NCBI GenBank assembly: GCA_964276515.1
Contig: OZ193909.1
Coordinates: 20,832,001 to 20,896,000 of the forward strand
Direction of reading: 5' to 3'
DNA from: Gordius albopunctatus
Taxonomy: Eukaryota
DNA length: 64,000 nucleotides
Part shown: positions 35,206 to 46,876 of the stretch, piece after piece
Numbering within the stretch: position 1 is the first letter of the stretch
Layout of the letters: each line of letters starts with the position of its first letter
Notes under the pieces: generated by a model
What the model saw: only the letters and a program-made list of their open reading frames with translations
Database searches by the model: none
Told to the model about the DNA's origin: nothing
Position numbers and translations under genes: made by a program

Positions 35206-35955
35206 CGCGAGCACGCACATTGAGTTGTTTAATATAGGCATTAGCACAATGAGTGCTCGCTGTTCGGTGTAATAGGCAGAACAGTAGCATATAAAAATGC
35301 TCGAGCATCGAGTCGAAACAGCTAAATCTGTTCAAGAATTGAGCAGATTGCCGGAGCAGAAACTCGAGCAGATAGCAGATTTAATAGAAGCAATTGCTAC
35401 GAGTTAATAACTTTAAATATTTTCTCATAATATATCATAAATAAATAAAAAGAATTTTGCCGCTCCCCCTTTTTTTGTTCCCATGATTTCCCCCCCCCCC
35501 CTTTTTAAACCTCTTTCTCACCCGGGGCGGGTGGCGGAAGGGGGGATGATTTGCCCCCTCCCCCCTTTTAGGTCAGTGATAGGGTAATAAGGGTGGGGCG
35601 GGCAAATCACCGGGACAAAAAAATAGGGAAGGGCAAATTATCACAATCCACCCCCTTCTCCCCGTGAGAAAGAGAGTAAAAAGGGGGGGGGGGAGGCAAA
35701 GTTTTTAATTTATTTATAATATATAATATGACTAAATATATAATAAATGATTCTATACTCGTAGCAATTGCTTCTATTAAATCTGCTATCTGCTCTAGAT
35801 TCTGCTCGGGAAATCTGCTCAATTGATTGAACAGATTTTGCTGTTACAACTCGCTGCTCGAGCATTTTTATATGCTACTGTTCTACCTTGTGCACCGAAC
35901 AGCTAGCACTCATTGTGCTAACGCGCATATTAAACAAGTCAGTGTGCGTACTCGA
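35206..35955. repeat. ~200-bp inverted repeat arms around a ~350-bp G/C-run-rich spacer
   Basis: 35206-35404 is the imperfect reverse complement of 35757-35955 (e.g. GCAGATTTAATAGAAGCAATTGCTACGAGT / ACTCGTAGCAATTGCTTCTATTAAATCTGC). Confidence 0.85.
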
Positions 35956-36824
35956 GCAAAGCACATAGTGAGCAGAGGTCAGATTTGTTAGGAATTTTAT
36001 TCCCGAACCCGGCCCGGTTCAATTTTTTAACTTCATTGCCCGCCCGATCCCGCCCAAAACATTAAAGCTGCCCGAACTTACCGGCCCGAAATATTGAATT
36101 TGCCTGTTAGGCCCTAAATTTTGCGATCTCAAATTCTTTCAACCACAATTAAAAAATAAGCATTTAATTAATGGCATATTTAATAAAACAAGTCCATGAA
36201 AATATTTATGTAGCAATTTTTAATTAAGTTTAAAGTTTACATATTTATTAAATAATATTACAATAAACAAAATTATACTCCCCTTTTGAGTTAACCTGTT
36301 TGCCCTAACCATAAATAAACTTCTTAATGAATAAAATAAGTTCAATTAGTCAATCTGTGCTCTGTTAAAACTTACTTTTTTGATAAAAAGACAATAATTT
36401 ATCAATAGAATTTAAATGCAATTTATATATAATTCTTTGAACTTAAAGCAAAAAAGAAAGGTATAGAAATTTTTTATCATGAAAATAAGTAGTAACTTAG
36501 CGAAAGCGACGAATGATAACGGAATAATAAAGGTTAATTGGAGAAACTTTGTGATGGCGAAATCAAGTTTCTTAACTTTTTTAGCATTTTAATATGCAAT
36601 AAAATAAAAAGTAACAAAATAATACACTATTTAAAAAATCTTATTAAGTCCGAATTGCCCAAATCCTATCTTCGTGCCGCCCGCCCGGGCCCGCCCAAAA
36701 AAATTTAAGACAGTTGCCCGACCCGGGCAGCGGCATTTTATTTATACCTAGATGTATTTAACTAAGTTCTTTCATAATTATCTAGGTCAATTATTTAAAA
36801 GTTATTAAATTATAGTTACCCTAA

Positions 36825-37766
36825 TCTAATATATAAAACTCTCGTGTCACGGTGTTTGTTGATAAACTCCTCCGAAACGGCAGGACCGAATTTTATAAAA
36901 ATTTCTGTGAATATTTGGTAGGTCTGAGAATAGGTTTTAAACTTTGTTCCAAATCTCTATGTGATAAGACGGTCCAGTTTTTTATTTATACGTTTTGACA
37001 CTTAATAACATGTCAATCAGACGCAACCTGCCCGGCCAAACGTTGCTTTGGCTTAGTTCTTATTTGGCTAAATAATTGGTACTTATCAATCAATAGGAAA
37101 TATATGAAAGAATTTGGGCCAGCTTATTTCTAGAAAATACTATAAGTGTATGGGTATGTGGTTAAGATTGAAATAAGAATAAAGCGTTGTGACAATGTTG
37201 GCCTATAAAATGACAATTCTATAATAATTTATTCATTTTATCCTTTATACTTTATTAAATCATTTTTGATGTACATATATACATCAAATTATGATAATTA
37301 AATAATAATTCATCAACAATCTCCAACTGCGATGACCTATAAAATATTTTTGGGTAGTCCGTCTTTAGTCAATTCAAACAAACTTGATGGTTTACGCACG
37401 CGAGAACATGCCACATATAGCTGTCCGTGAGAAAAGCATGGTGTGGCTAAATCTAAACTACAAATAGACATCGTTTGGCCTTACACCCTATTGATTGTCA
37501 TTGCAAATGCGAATCTAATAATTGGAAATTTAATGCGTTTAAATTCAATCGGCACATATGTGGGAATAATAGGGATTCGCGGCAGCATACATTTCATCAT
37601 TTCCAAATAATTATCGGATATTGGAGAGCGTCCTATGAACGGTGGGTATCAGCCAACATTGTCACAACAACCCATTCTTATTTTAATCATAAACACATAC
37701 CCATACACTTATAGTATTTTCTAGAAATAATGTATATAGCAAAACAACGTTTGCCGGATCAGCTAA
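36825..37766 (+). mobile_element. Non-autonomous Helitron containing an inverted Helitron helicase 3' fragment
   Basis: 5' A|TCTAATATATAAAA..CTCGTGTCAC and 3' AAAACAACGTTTGCCGGATCAGCTAA|T. Minus strand 37335-37590 reads LPRIPIIP..FKRIKFP..FAFAMTIN..GQT...FSHGQLYVACSRV, the PIF1-type helicase C-terminus, with stops. Confidence 0.85.
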
Positions 37767-37779
37767 TGTTTTTTTTATA

Positions 37780-39570
37780 TAAATTTATAGAAAATATTGA
37801 TATTTTTTGTAGTTAAAGAATTTATCAGAACGATATAAAGAATTACATTCACGATTAAAAAACTATAAAAAGCGCTAAAACTAAAGGGATGGCATTGATC
37901 CGTTTATAGAAATTGTGTTGGATACGATTTCCATTGTTATCTTTTGTCGGATAAAAAAGTACTCATTAAAATCTAATAAGACGTTAGAGATCAATTTTCT
38001 AATTTGTTTTGAGAGAGCGAGAGCTTCGGTGCCTAAGTCTCCGAGGGAGCATGGAATGAGTGTGACGCCGTCTGATCTTGCTAATGCTGACGGGCTTCAA
38101 AGTTTTCTTGATCGCCTTGTGCCTGTAGTTGCGGCCTTTACTGTATTTGCAATGGAGGTAACCTATTATGGTGGAATAATATATCCGGGGGATACGATTT
38201 ACGTTTTGAGGGAATAGGGGTTTTATTGGGCCGGTAGAGGAAAAATGCCCCGGTCAGGATGGTCAAGATTTTAATTGAAATATGAATTGAAAAAAACCTC
38301 GAATATTTCCGCGAATATTCATAAATGTTCTATTTAAATTCCATTATTCTGGTTTGGAGTATTATATTATATTTGAAAAAGGAAAAGAAATAATGATCGA
38401 TATATATAAATTATCGATTCACTACGCGTTGTGTATGCGTATACAAAAATCATTGATGCGTGATGAGGAGTTTTCCCTGAGATATTTCGTTCGAAAAAAG
38501 ATAAGCTACGGAACGTGCTATCAAGGGGAGGTCCCATTCCTTTTAAGTAACTCCGAGCGTTCGGCCGACTCGAGCTTTTCCGCGTCCCACCTGTGGATAG
38601 CCTCCTAGAAATGCGGGTCTGGGAGTGATGTCATGCCAGAGATAAGTGGTTCAGTACTCTTGCGTGAAGATATGAAACCAGCTAATGCTATATGTCGCGC
38701 AGATCTAATACCATATCCCCTACTCTTATAAGGAAAAGATGCTTAAAGCCATTAGACGGGACTAAACTTTCTATTTTGGCAGGGTTAGCTGGGCCTAGGG
38801 GATCGCCTAGCTGTATCCCTCTGGAGGAGAGAATTATCTTGTTCTTAAATAGAAGACATGATAGGGCTCCATAACTAGAGCCCTGCAAAATTGAATTTTA
38901 TCGGCTCGAGCCCGACCTGAGCCCGAAACTTTTTTTTTTATTTTTTGCCCGAGCCCGACCCGAGCCCGATTTGTTTTTTCCACTCAGGCCCGACCCGAGC
39001 CCGAGCCCGGCCCGACTTTTGTAAAAATGTAAATTTGTACCAATTTTATTTCAAAAATTTATTTATACCGATGGGCTGGGATGGGAATGATATTGTGATA
39101 TTACAATAATGAAAAATTATGTAGGGAGTGGCGTTCTTGATTCAAGTTCAACATCAAATCCAACACCCCCCACCTCCCCCTTTCTCCTAACCTAACAACT
39201 TACCCCTAATAAATCATACTCACATACATCATAAAACTATATCAACATAGGCATACACATAAAACACACACAGTCTATTGTCTAAATATATTCTCTATGT
39301 AAGAATAGGGTTTAAAAACACGCAATGCGTCTAAATCAAAAACTTAAAATCAAACAAATTAATATATGGGGCGTAGTAAAATTCTAAATATTTATTTGGA
39401 GGGGGATTATTTTGTATTGTAATTATATTTTGGATTAATATTTATTCAAATTTTTAATGTTTTAAAATGTGCCCGAGCCCGGCCCGAGAGCCCGTCGGGC
39501 CGGGCCCCATCCGGGCCGGGCCTCGGACGGCCCGTGCAGGGCTCTATCCATAACTCGATTAAAATTAAGT
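37780..39570 (-). mobile_element. Heavily deleted CRE-type retrotransposon relic
   Basis: Fragments SSYG..IILSSRGIQLGDPLGP, LAGFISS, YLHCKYSKGRNYRH and RSDGVTLIP in collinear order. Interrupted by a MITE. Confidence 0.65.
38876..39546. mobile_element. hAT-type MITE
   Basis: TIR TAGAGCCCTGCA / TGCAGGGCTCTA, 8-bp TSD TCCATAAC (38868-38875, 39547-39554) and GAGCCC repeats. Confidence 0.9.
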
Positions 39571-39835
39571 TGAAATGGTGCACTTTAATTTATTTAACTC
39601 TATAATAGACAATACCAAAATAATTTGACAAATAAAAATTTTTTATTATAGCTTTATGAAACCTTAAGCCACGTTTTTTAAAAAATATTTATTTAGTTAT
39701 AGTCATAAAATAGGCTGAATAAATTAAGTTTTATACAAACAATTTTATGACACGATTACGCACCGAATTTCAGTAGAATATATTCAGCTTTTTAAACAAT
39801 TATTATGATAACTGTTACCAAGTAGGTTTGACAAG

Positions 39836-40546
39836 GGAATGCTGCTTGAAGACTTTGAGCTATCATATTCCATAGCTTTAAGGTTGGGGATTAGTTACAG
39901 CAGAGAATTCAACTGTCAAAACTGCCTTACCGTTGTAGACGAATATGCTAGGCACCCTCTACACTGCCTAGCAAGCAAATATAAATACGTTAGGCACACT
40001 AAAGCTAATTTATTAATTCAAGCTGCCCTTAAAAAGGCCAAAATCCCCTCAATCCTTGAGCCGTCCGATCCCTCCCTTGAAGGTAGGATGCGCCCTGACG
40101 GCTCTTCTCTAGTGCCCTGGCAAAATGGCCTATCCCTCAAATGGGATTTTACTTGTATTGACCTTTTTGCCCCTTCCCATTTTAATTACGACCCTATCGC
40201 TACAGAAGAAGGGCATAAAACTACAAAGTATTCTGCACTTTTGGCATCCAATATTTTTATCCCAGTCGTTGCCACGTGCTCCGGTTCCTTTGGCAAACAG
40301 GCAATGGGGTTTTTTAAAGAAATCGGAAAACGCACCCCGAAATCTAAAATTTCTGCGTCTTTTTTACTTAGGCAACAACTAGGGATTCTTGTTGCACGAT
40401 ACAACTTTAAATCCTTTGCCGACTCATGGCCCATTTTAGAAGAGAATGATATAGATCTTTGTATTTAACCAATATGTCTTTATTTTTGTATTTCGCTTAT
40501 TAATGTAACTTTGTTTCTTGAAAATAAACTTTTTAACAAAAAAAAA
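39836..40546 (+). mobile_element. 5'-truncated CRE-type retrotransposon with poly(A) tail
   Basis: 209-aa ORF with CQNC..HPLHC, RH, RPDG, WDFTC, E.HKTTKY, then AATAAA and an A-run at 40538-40546. It is absent from the paralogous segment near 60460 and nearly identical to 56650-57310. Confidence 0.9.
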
Positions 40547-40549
40547 TAT

Positions 40550-41000
40550 TTTCTTATCTAAACTAATGTCATTACATCTTTTTTTGACGTACCAATTTTC
40601 ATAAAAGGTATTTATTTAGTTCCATAAGCGACAATTATTACAATTGTCACCAAAATAAGTTGACAAATATAATTTTTATATTTAAAATAATTTTATGACA
40701 CCTTGACCTAACAATTTTCGTTGAAAATATTTATTTAAATTTAAAAATGACAATTATCACAATTGTCACAAATGTAAGTTGACAAATTTAATTTTTATAT
40801 TTAAACCAATTTTGACACATCAATTTTTGCAAGAAATATTTAATTAGCTTTATAAACGACAATTATCGCCATTTTAGGTCGAAAAATTTAAATTTTCTAT
40901 TTGTAACAACTTTGTGACACCCTAGCCAATCAATTTCGTTCAAATAATTCATTTAGCTATATAAACGACAATTATGATAACTGTCAGCAAAACAGGCCAA
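40550..41000. repeat. Diverged ~110-120-bp tandem repeat upstream of the 7TM gene
   Basis: GACAATTAT(G/C)ACAATTGTCAC..TTGACAAA units at about 40630, 40750, 40858 and 40967. Further units at 39600-39835 and in the paralogous block 59950-61100. Confidence 0.75.
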
Positions 41001-42302
41001 AAGACCTTAGGTCTCTTCTAAAGTCGAACACCTAAGTTCAACTATAAAATCATACGTCTTTTAAGCTGGTTTAACAAAATTGGTATTGACTATTGAGCAA
41101 ACGAATTAAATACTGTACAAATAATCTAAATACCGAACATTAATTTATTTACTAAACATTTGAATATTTCACTGAGCATATGATTATTTTATTGAGCATT
41201 TGAATATTTAACTGAACAAAAATTGAATTGAATACTGAGCACAAAAACTTGTTCTCTTTTTGAAAATTATAGCAAAAATATTACTTTTCGCTCTTATTAG
41301 AGATCAATAGTACGCCATAATTAATTTTTAATCACTTATTAATTGAGATAGAAAATTATATTAGATTCTAACCACCTATATGGTTGATAAGAATAACCTT
41401 TCTGAATTGCGTAAAATAAGAATTATTTCTATCTAATAATAATTAAACAAATGTAGCCAGTTTTGCGAAGAAGAGTCATATCAAGCATCAGTGGTGCAAA
41501 GTTTGGCAAATTTTCTAAACTTTAGCTTCAATATTGATAATTGCAGTCTCCATCCATGACGCACGAGAAATCATAAATTTTATTTACGTCGGCAACCAAA
41601 ACGTCGTGAACTGCATCTATTTTGATCGATAAATGGCTATGTTTCAAAAATAAACTATATATATATAAGATTCTTATCAATTTAGATTTACAAAACACCT
41701 TGGTTGATGAAACCTTAATGCCAACAATTTTTCAATTATAGAATTTAGCTTAAAAACATCTTATCGTTTTTAACATTATGTTACAAATTAAATTAATTGG
41801 TAGTCAATGCCATATTTTATCTGTTCACTCTATATGTAAAAGAAATTAACAATGGACTATCCTTGAATACAATTTATAAAAAATTTAATTATCTGATTAA
41901 TAGTAACTCCGCTGATATATAACGATATTTTTAACAACTACATCGTTCCTACCTTATATTAAAACTTAAAATTATCTTAAAGTTTATATATTTTTCAGTT
42001 TGTAATATTTTAAATAATCCTATTGTATTCTACCTATTAATTATGGATAAATTCTAACATTTTATTATCAAATTAACCATTATGATCCGTGAATGAAAAT
42101 TGATTATGTCATATGCTATTATGGTTTCATTTTGTCATCCCCACAATACTAACTTATTGGTTAATTCATTTATATCTCAAAGCTAGCTTGTTAATCACCT
42201 ATGACCTATATTAAATCCGGATTCCTCAAAACTTCCCTAAAATCCTTTAAAGTCATTGAAGTTATTCTACCGGAACTTTGACGATTTTTATATTTTTTGT
42301 TA

Positions 42303-43634
42303 ATGGGTGACAAAAACTGGTCTCAAAATCTCAATCCAAAAGAAGAACGTTGTCTGTCGTTTAAGCAGTTTAACATATACCACAATACTCCATTAAATAC
42401 GTTAAATCAAATATTCAGTGTTTTTTTACTTGCCAGTGGAGTTACTGGGAATTTATTAGGAATCTATGTAGTCAGAAAATCATGCGAAGATATGCCCACA
42501 ACTACAACTAAACGCAATTTGGTTAATCAGTTTCTCCTAACACTTTTTTATATAATAAATTTTGTGAATTCCTTATTCTTCATAGTGGATCCTTTGTTAA
42601 AAGTGTACGGAGATGGTTTGAAAAATCACGTATGGAATAGTAGAGCTTGGGCAACCTACATCGCAAACTACAATTATCCAATTATAAAGCCATTAATATC
42701 TTTTAGTTTTTGGTTATATTTAATTCTTTTTACCAATCAACTGATAGCCATGAAATATCCGTTTAAATACAAATCATGGGTAACGATGTCTAGAGTATAT
42801 AAGGTTTTGTTATTAGCTCTTATATACTGTATAATCTGGTACCTCCCTACTTATTTTTGGTATGAAGTCAAAAAAATATTGATATGCAGCGACGAATGTT
42901 TTATAAGACACGGCGAAAATAACACATTACTCAACATTTCTAATAACACTTCAAAATGCAGAAAATTTTATCTATACAACTATGTGTGGCCTACTCTCTT
43001 TTACGGAAATCATTCGCATATCGGTAAAATATGGAACGCCTACCAAATATGTCGAGAATTATTAGTAAACATTTTACCCTTCACCATCTTAATTATTGTT
43101 AAAGCAAAATCTTTTTTCAGTCATAATAAGAGGCTTAGATCCATAAATGATACTACCATTAATAGTGTAGGTACAATACTGCAAGCTACAAATAAAGTTA
43201 TTGTCAATGAAGTCACTCCAGGCGTTAGAAATTGTGTAAATTCAGTGGGAGGGAGTTCTAGACAACTAACTACTTACACGGAACACCGATTATCTGCATT
43301 AAGAGCTATAGAGAACAAACAACATCGAAAGACATTGGTAATTTTAACTTGGGAATTTGTCTTTCTCATGCTACCCCTAAATTTGGCCCTAATGGTACAG
43401 AAAATCTTGCGTGAACGATACTCAAGGTCAACGTTAGCTCCTATATACATATCCTTAACCATGCTACAATTTATATACGTGAGCTCCTCCTTTTACATCA
43501 ACTTGGCTTTTAATGAACCATACCGAAATTCTTGTATGCCATTATTTGCAAGAAAGTTATATCAAATTAAACGATGCTTGGCCAAAGTGACAAAGTTTCA
43601 TAAGTCTATTGATCCTGTTAGACAAAGTGGATAA
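42303..43634 (+). CDS. Intronless divergent rhodopsin-like 7TM receptor (orphan peptide-receptor-like), copy 1
   Basis: 443-aa ORF from the ATG at 42303 with seven hydrophobic segments: TM1 GVTGNLL, post-TM3 NQLIAMKYPFKYK (DRY position), TM5 ILPF, TM6 FLMLP, TM7 SSSFYINLAFNEPYR. Confidence 0.82.
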   Translation: MGDKNWSQNLNPKEERCLSFKQFNIYHNTPLNTLNQIFSVFLLASGVTGNLLGIYVVRKSCEDMPTTTTKRNLVNQFLLTLFYIINFVNSLFFIVDPLLKVYGDGLKNHVWNSRAWATYIANYNYPIIKPLISFSFWLYLILFTNQLIAMKYPFKYKSWVTMSRVYKVLLLALIYCIIWYLPTYFWYEVKKILICSDECFIRHGENNTLLNISNNTSKCRKFYLYNYVWPTLFYGNHSHIGKIWNAYQICRELLVNILPFTILIIVKAKSFFSHNKRLRSINDTTINSVGTILQATNKVIVNEVTPGVRNCVNSVGGSSRQLTTYTEHRLSALRAIENKQHRKTLVILTWEFVFLMLPLNLALMVQKILRERYSRSTLAPIYISLTMLQFIYVSSSFYINLAFNEPYRNSCMPLFARKLYQIKRCLAKVTKFHKSIDPVRQSG

Positions 43635-45574
43635 TCTTGTAATTTGCAATCATTTATGACACATTTGATTTTTAGATATGGCGATACTCACTATTTTGTT
43701 TTTATGATCTTTATATCAAAATCAATCAGAATGAATAGATAGGAGCCTGTTTATAAAACACCTATTTTCAATAATACTTAATTATTCTTACACATGTTAT
43801 AATTAAGATTTAAAATAATATTTCATTAAAGGTGCAAGCTAACCAGAATATTAATACAATAATGTAGTTTATAAAGTAATTATCGATTGTAAATAATATG
43901 AATAGAATTGTGCAAGCTCCTACTCATTCAATTAATCCAATCATATTAAGATTGAAAGCATATCTCCACATACAACGAATTAAAAATACTCATATATTAG
44001 TAATAAGTATTTTAGAAGATTTTGACCCTCGTAAACAATGTTTTTAATGGATTTATATTTGGCGATGGTTGAGGGTGTTAAAAACAAAGACTTAATTCTA
44101 CATTAAATGAAGATATGGGAAGGCTAACCCTCCACCCTTGGCTACACACTCATTTATCACTACCAATATAACATTCTATTTAGTTTATATTCTATTTTAT
44201 TTAAAATTTTATTTATCTGAAGATTTCCTTTATGAGGACGAAATATTATAATAATTACAATTTGTTTTTAACACCCTCAACCATTCCCAAAAATAAATCC
44301 ATGAAAAAGTATTAAGTAGGATGACAATGAAAAAACAATATGTATACAAATTTTAAATGCCCGGATTTGAAAAAATACTAGGACACAATTTAAAAATTGT
44401 GACTAACAATTCATCTTAAAAGTTTAATCAAAATTAGCCAAATTAATTTCATGCTTTTTATAAATGTGCATTAAGAGTTAGAAAAAACAAATTGTCGGTT
44501 GTAAAATGTTTAACAATAATAATTCAAATACAAATTCGATCATATCAAAGGGCAAGGTAGACATATTTAAATTCAAGACATGTATTAAGAATTAAAGCGC
44601 ATGCTTAGGTTTATTTAACCACACATTCTTATTTATACATGCCTGCTGTCCGGTTTTAATAAAAGCAACGCTATTTTGAAGTAAGCTTAAGTCGAGTCTA
44701 TATGAACGCATTAGGGTTTATAGTGTTCCTTTGTAAAGCCAATAAATCCTAAAGATGGTATATAGTTAAAAGAAGTCAATTCATTCATAGTTTATTTAAA
44801 AAAAGTCCTTATCCAAAGGAATAACGCCCACCTACATAATGGGAAGTTTAGCCTTTAAAAACATAAATGTTTACGTTTATTTACGGAAAAGTTAAAAACG
44901 GCTTAAAGACTACAATTACATAATTGGTAGGGCTCGATTGCTATCACCTCAACTCGGCCTAGACAGAATGGCATCCATTTTACTTATATTGCCTATTATA
45001 TGTGGAAATGGTCGAAAGGTGGGGAGTCTTTGATATTAAATTGAAAAGGCATTGGGTAAGTCAATGTCAGTCTTTTTACCCGCCTAGTGTTAGTAATTAA
45101 TTAAATAATCGATAGAAAAGGAAACATCAACCCGTGGACAAGATTTTTATAGCATACCGTTCGATACATTTAAATTTTATACCTTTTTAATGGGCTTTCG
45201 TCATTTAAGACCTAGATGGTAATTCTTTTCCCAAGTCTTTCTCCTGGCTAATGCTTTAATTCATCTAGCTGAAATATATCACTAGGACACCTTTCTTATT
45301 AATTGGAGCGACTGCTTGTATCTCTTTAACACTTTTCTACTTCGGATCCTCTATCGAAACAATAAAAAGAGGGGAGAGTTCAGAGTGGCACGCGAATCGT
45401 TAAAAAGCGTTTAACAATAGGAACGTTTAGTGGGAAACCATTTTAGGCAAATTATAATGAATTGCTTCAAATATTTCACTAGCTGTAAGTATTTTTTTCC
45501 ATAAAAAGTTTATTAATATATGGCTGATTATAATACGGTAAAATTTGATACAAATTTAGTATATTAAAAAAAAT

Positions 45575-46530
45575 TAAATATTTAAGGGCTGACTGGATGA
45601 TGGAGTTGATTTTAGAGTGTCGTATGTGTCTGAATTTCTTTAACCTGCAATGTAATGGATGACGGGCTTCTTCGTCAACTGGCAAGTCGCAATTCCTACA
45701 TGCATATGGTTTGGTGTATTTGATGCCAAGGCGTAGAGCTATACTGTAGGATAGCTCGGAGTCCTCCAACATCATGTTTGAGTATTTACTTGGGTAAGCC
45801 TCAAGCCATTCGTGGCCAGATTTATCAAACACCAATGACCGAAGGTTGTAATGTTGTTTGATATCGCTGCTAGTAAGTAGGTGAGCAACGGAGCGCGAAA
45901 CCAAACAAGCATCCCAATCTTTTTGAATGGATGTTTGTGGATAGGAGGTTTCTGGAATAACATTAAGGTTCCAGAGGGATAGGGCCTTGACGAATGTTTT
46001 ATCGGAGGGGTATGGGATTAATTTTTCCACAATGGATTTTGAAGAAAGGTGGGAGGATATGAATGAGGCCAATGATAAGGAGCTTGGTGAACGAATTCCC
46101 AGGCCTCCAGATTTTGTTGGTAATGTGGCTTGTAGCCAGGTGTTTGTATCGAATGATAAGTTGAGGGTGGATTCCATGACAAATTTTATGTGGGTTTCGT
46201 AATTATGTAAGATATGTGTATGCAAAAAAGCGCTTGTAGATCGGAAGCAAAATAATATTTTGGCAATATAAAAGTAGTTTAATATATAAAATCCGTGATG
46301 GGCGGGCAGAAGCTTAAAAATTTCATTTTTACATTTTAAGTTCTTAAGGTTATTGTCGAGATATTTTTTTAAAGATTCTGGACCGCCTATTGGAGAACCT
46401 AGTAAAAATACCTCGTCCTTCTCAAGGCGTAGGAAAGATGCAAAAGATGGGTGAATGTCAGTTGTGCTGTTGGAATAAATTTCGCATTTTGTCGCGTTTA
46501 ATGATAGGTTAAATTTTATGTAGTATTCAT
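45575..46530 (-). mobile_element. CRE-type retrotransposon, 3' portion (post-RT thumb/linker to zinc knuckle)
   Basis: LNATKCEI, LLGSPIG, QATLPTKSGGLGIR, WLEAYPS, CRNC..HPLHC..RH; truncated after QSALK. Confidence 0.88.
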
Positions 46531-46876
46531 TAACCCATTAAGACCGAACACTATTATAAGAAAAGTCCCTTCTTTTACGAAAAATGGAAACCAATTAATT
46601 AGCAAAAATAAAATTAATTTATATTATAAATCCCATCTTAAGCTTTACTAAAAACAAAATTTGATAATATCAAAAGGTATTAATGAATGAGGGCTTTCCG
46701 ATATGACAATTTATCTGTCCTAAATAAAGAAGTCAGTAATCCTCCAGATGAAAATTTATTATCTCTGTCAATTTACACTAACAATTCGTTTTATAGTAGT
46801 AACAATAATGATAAATACACAGTTATGGAGATCATGAATGAGGTAATCATATTAGGCGTAAACAAAGATGACGCAT

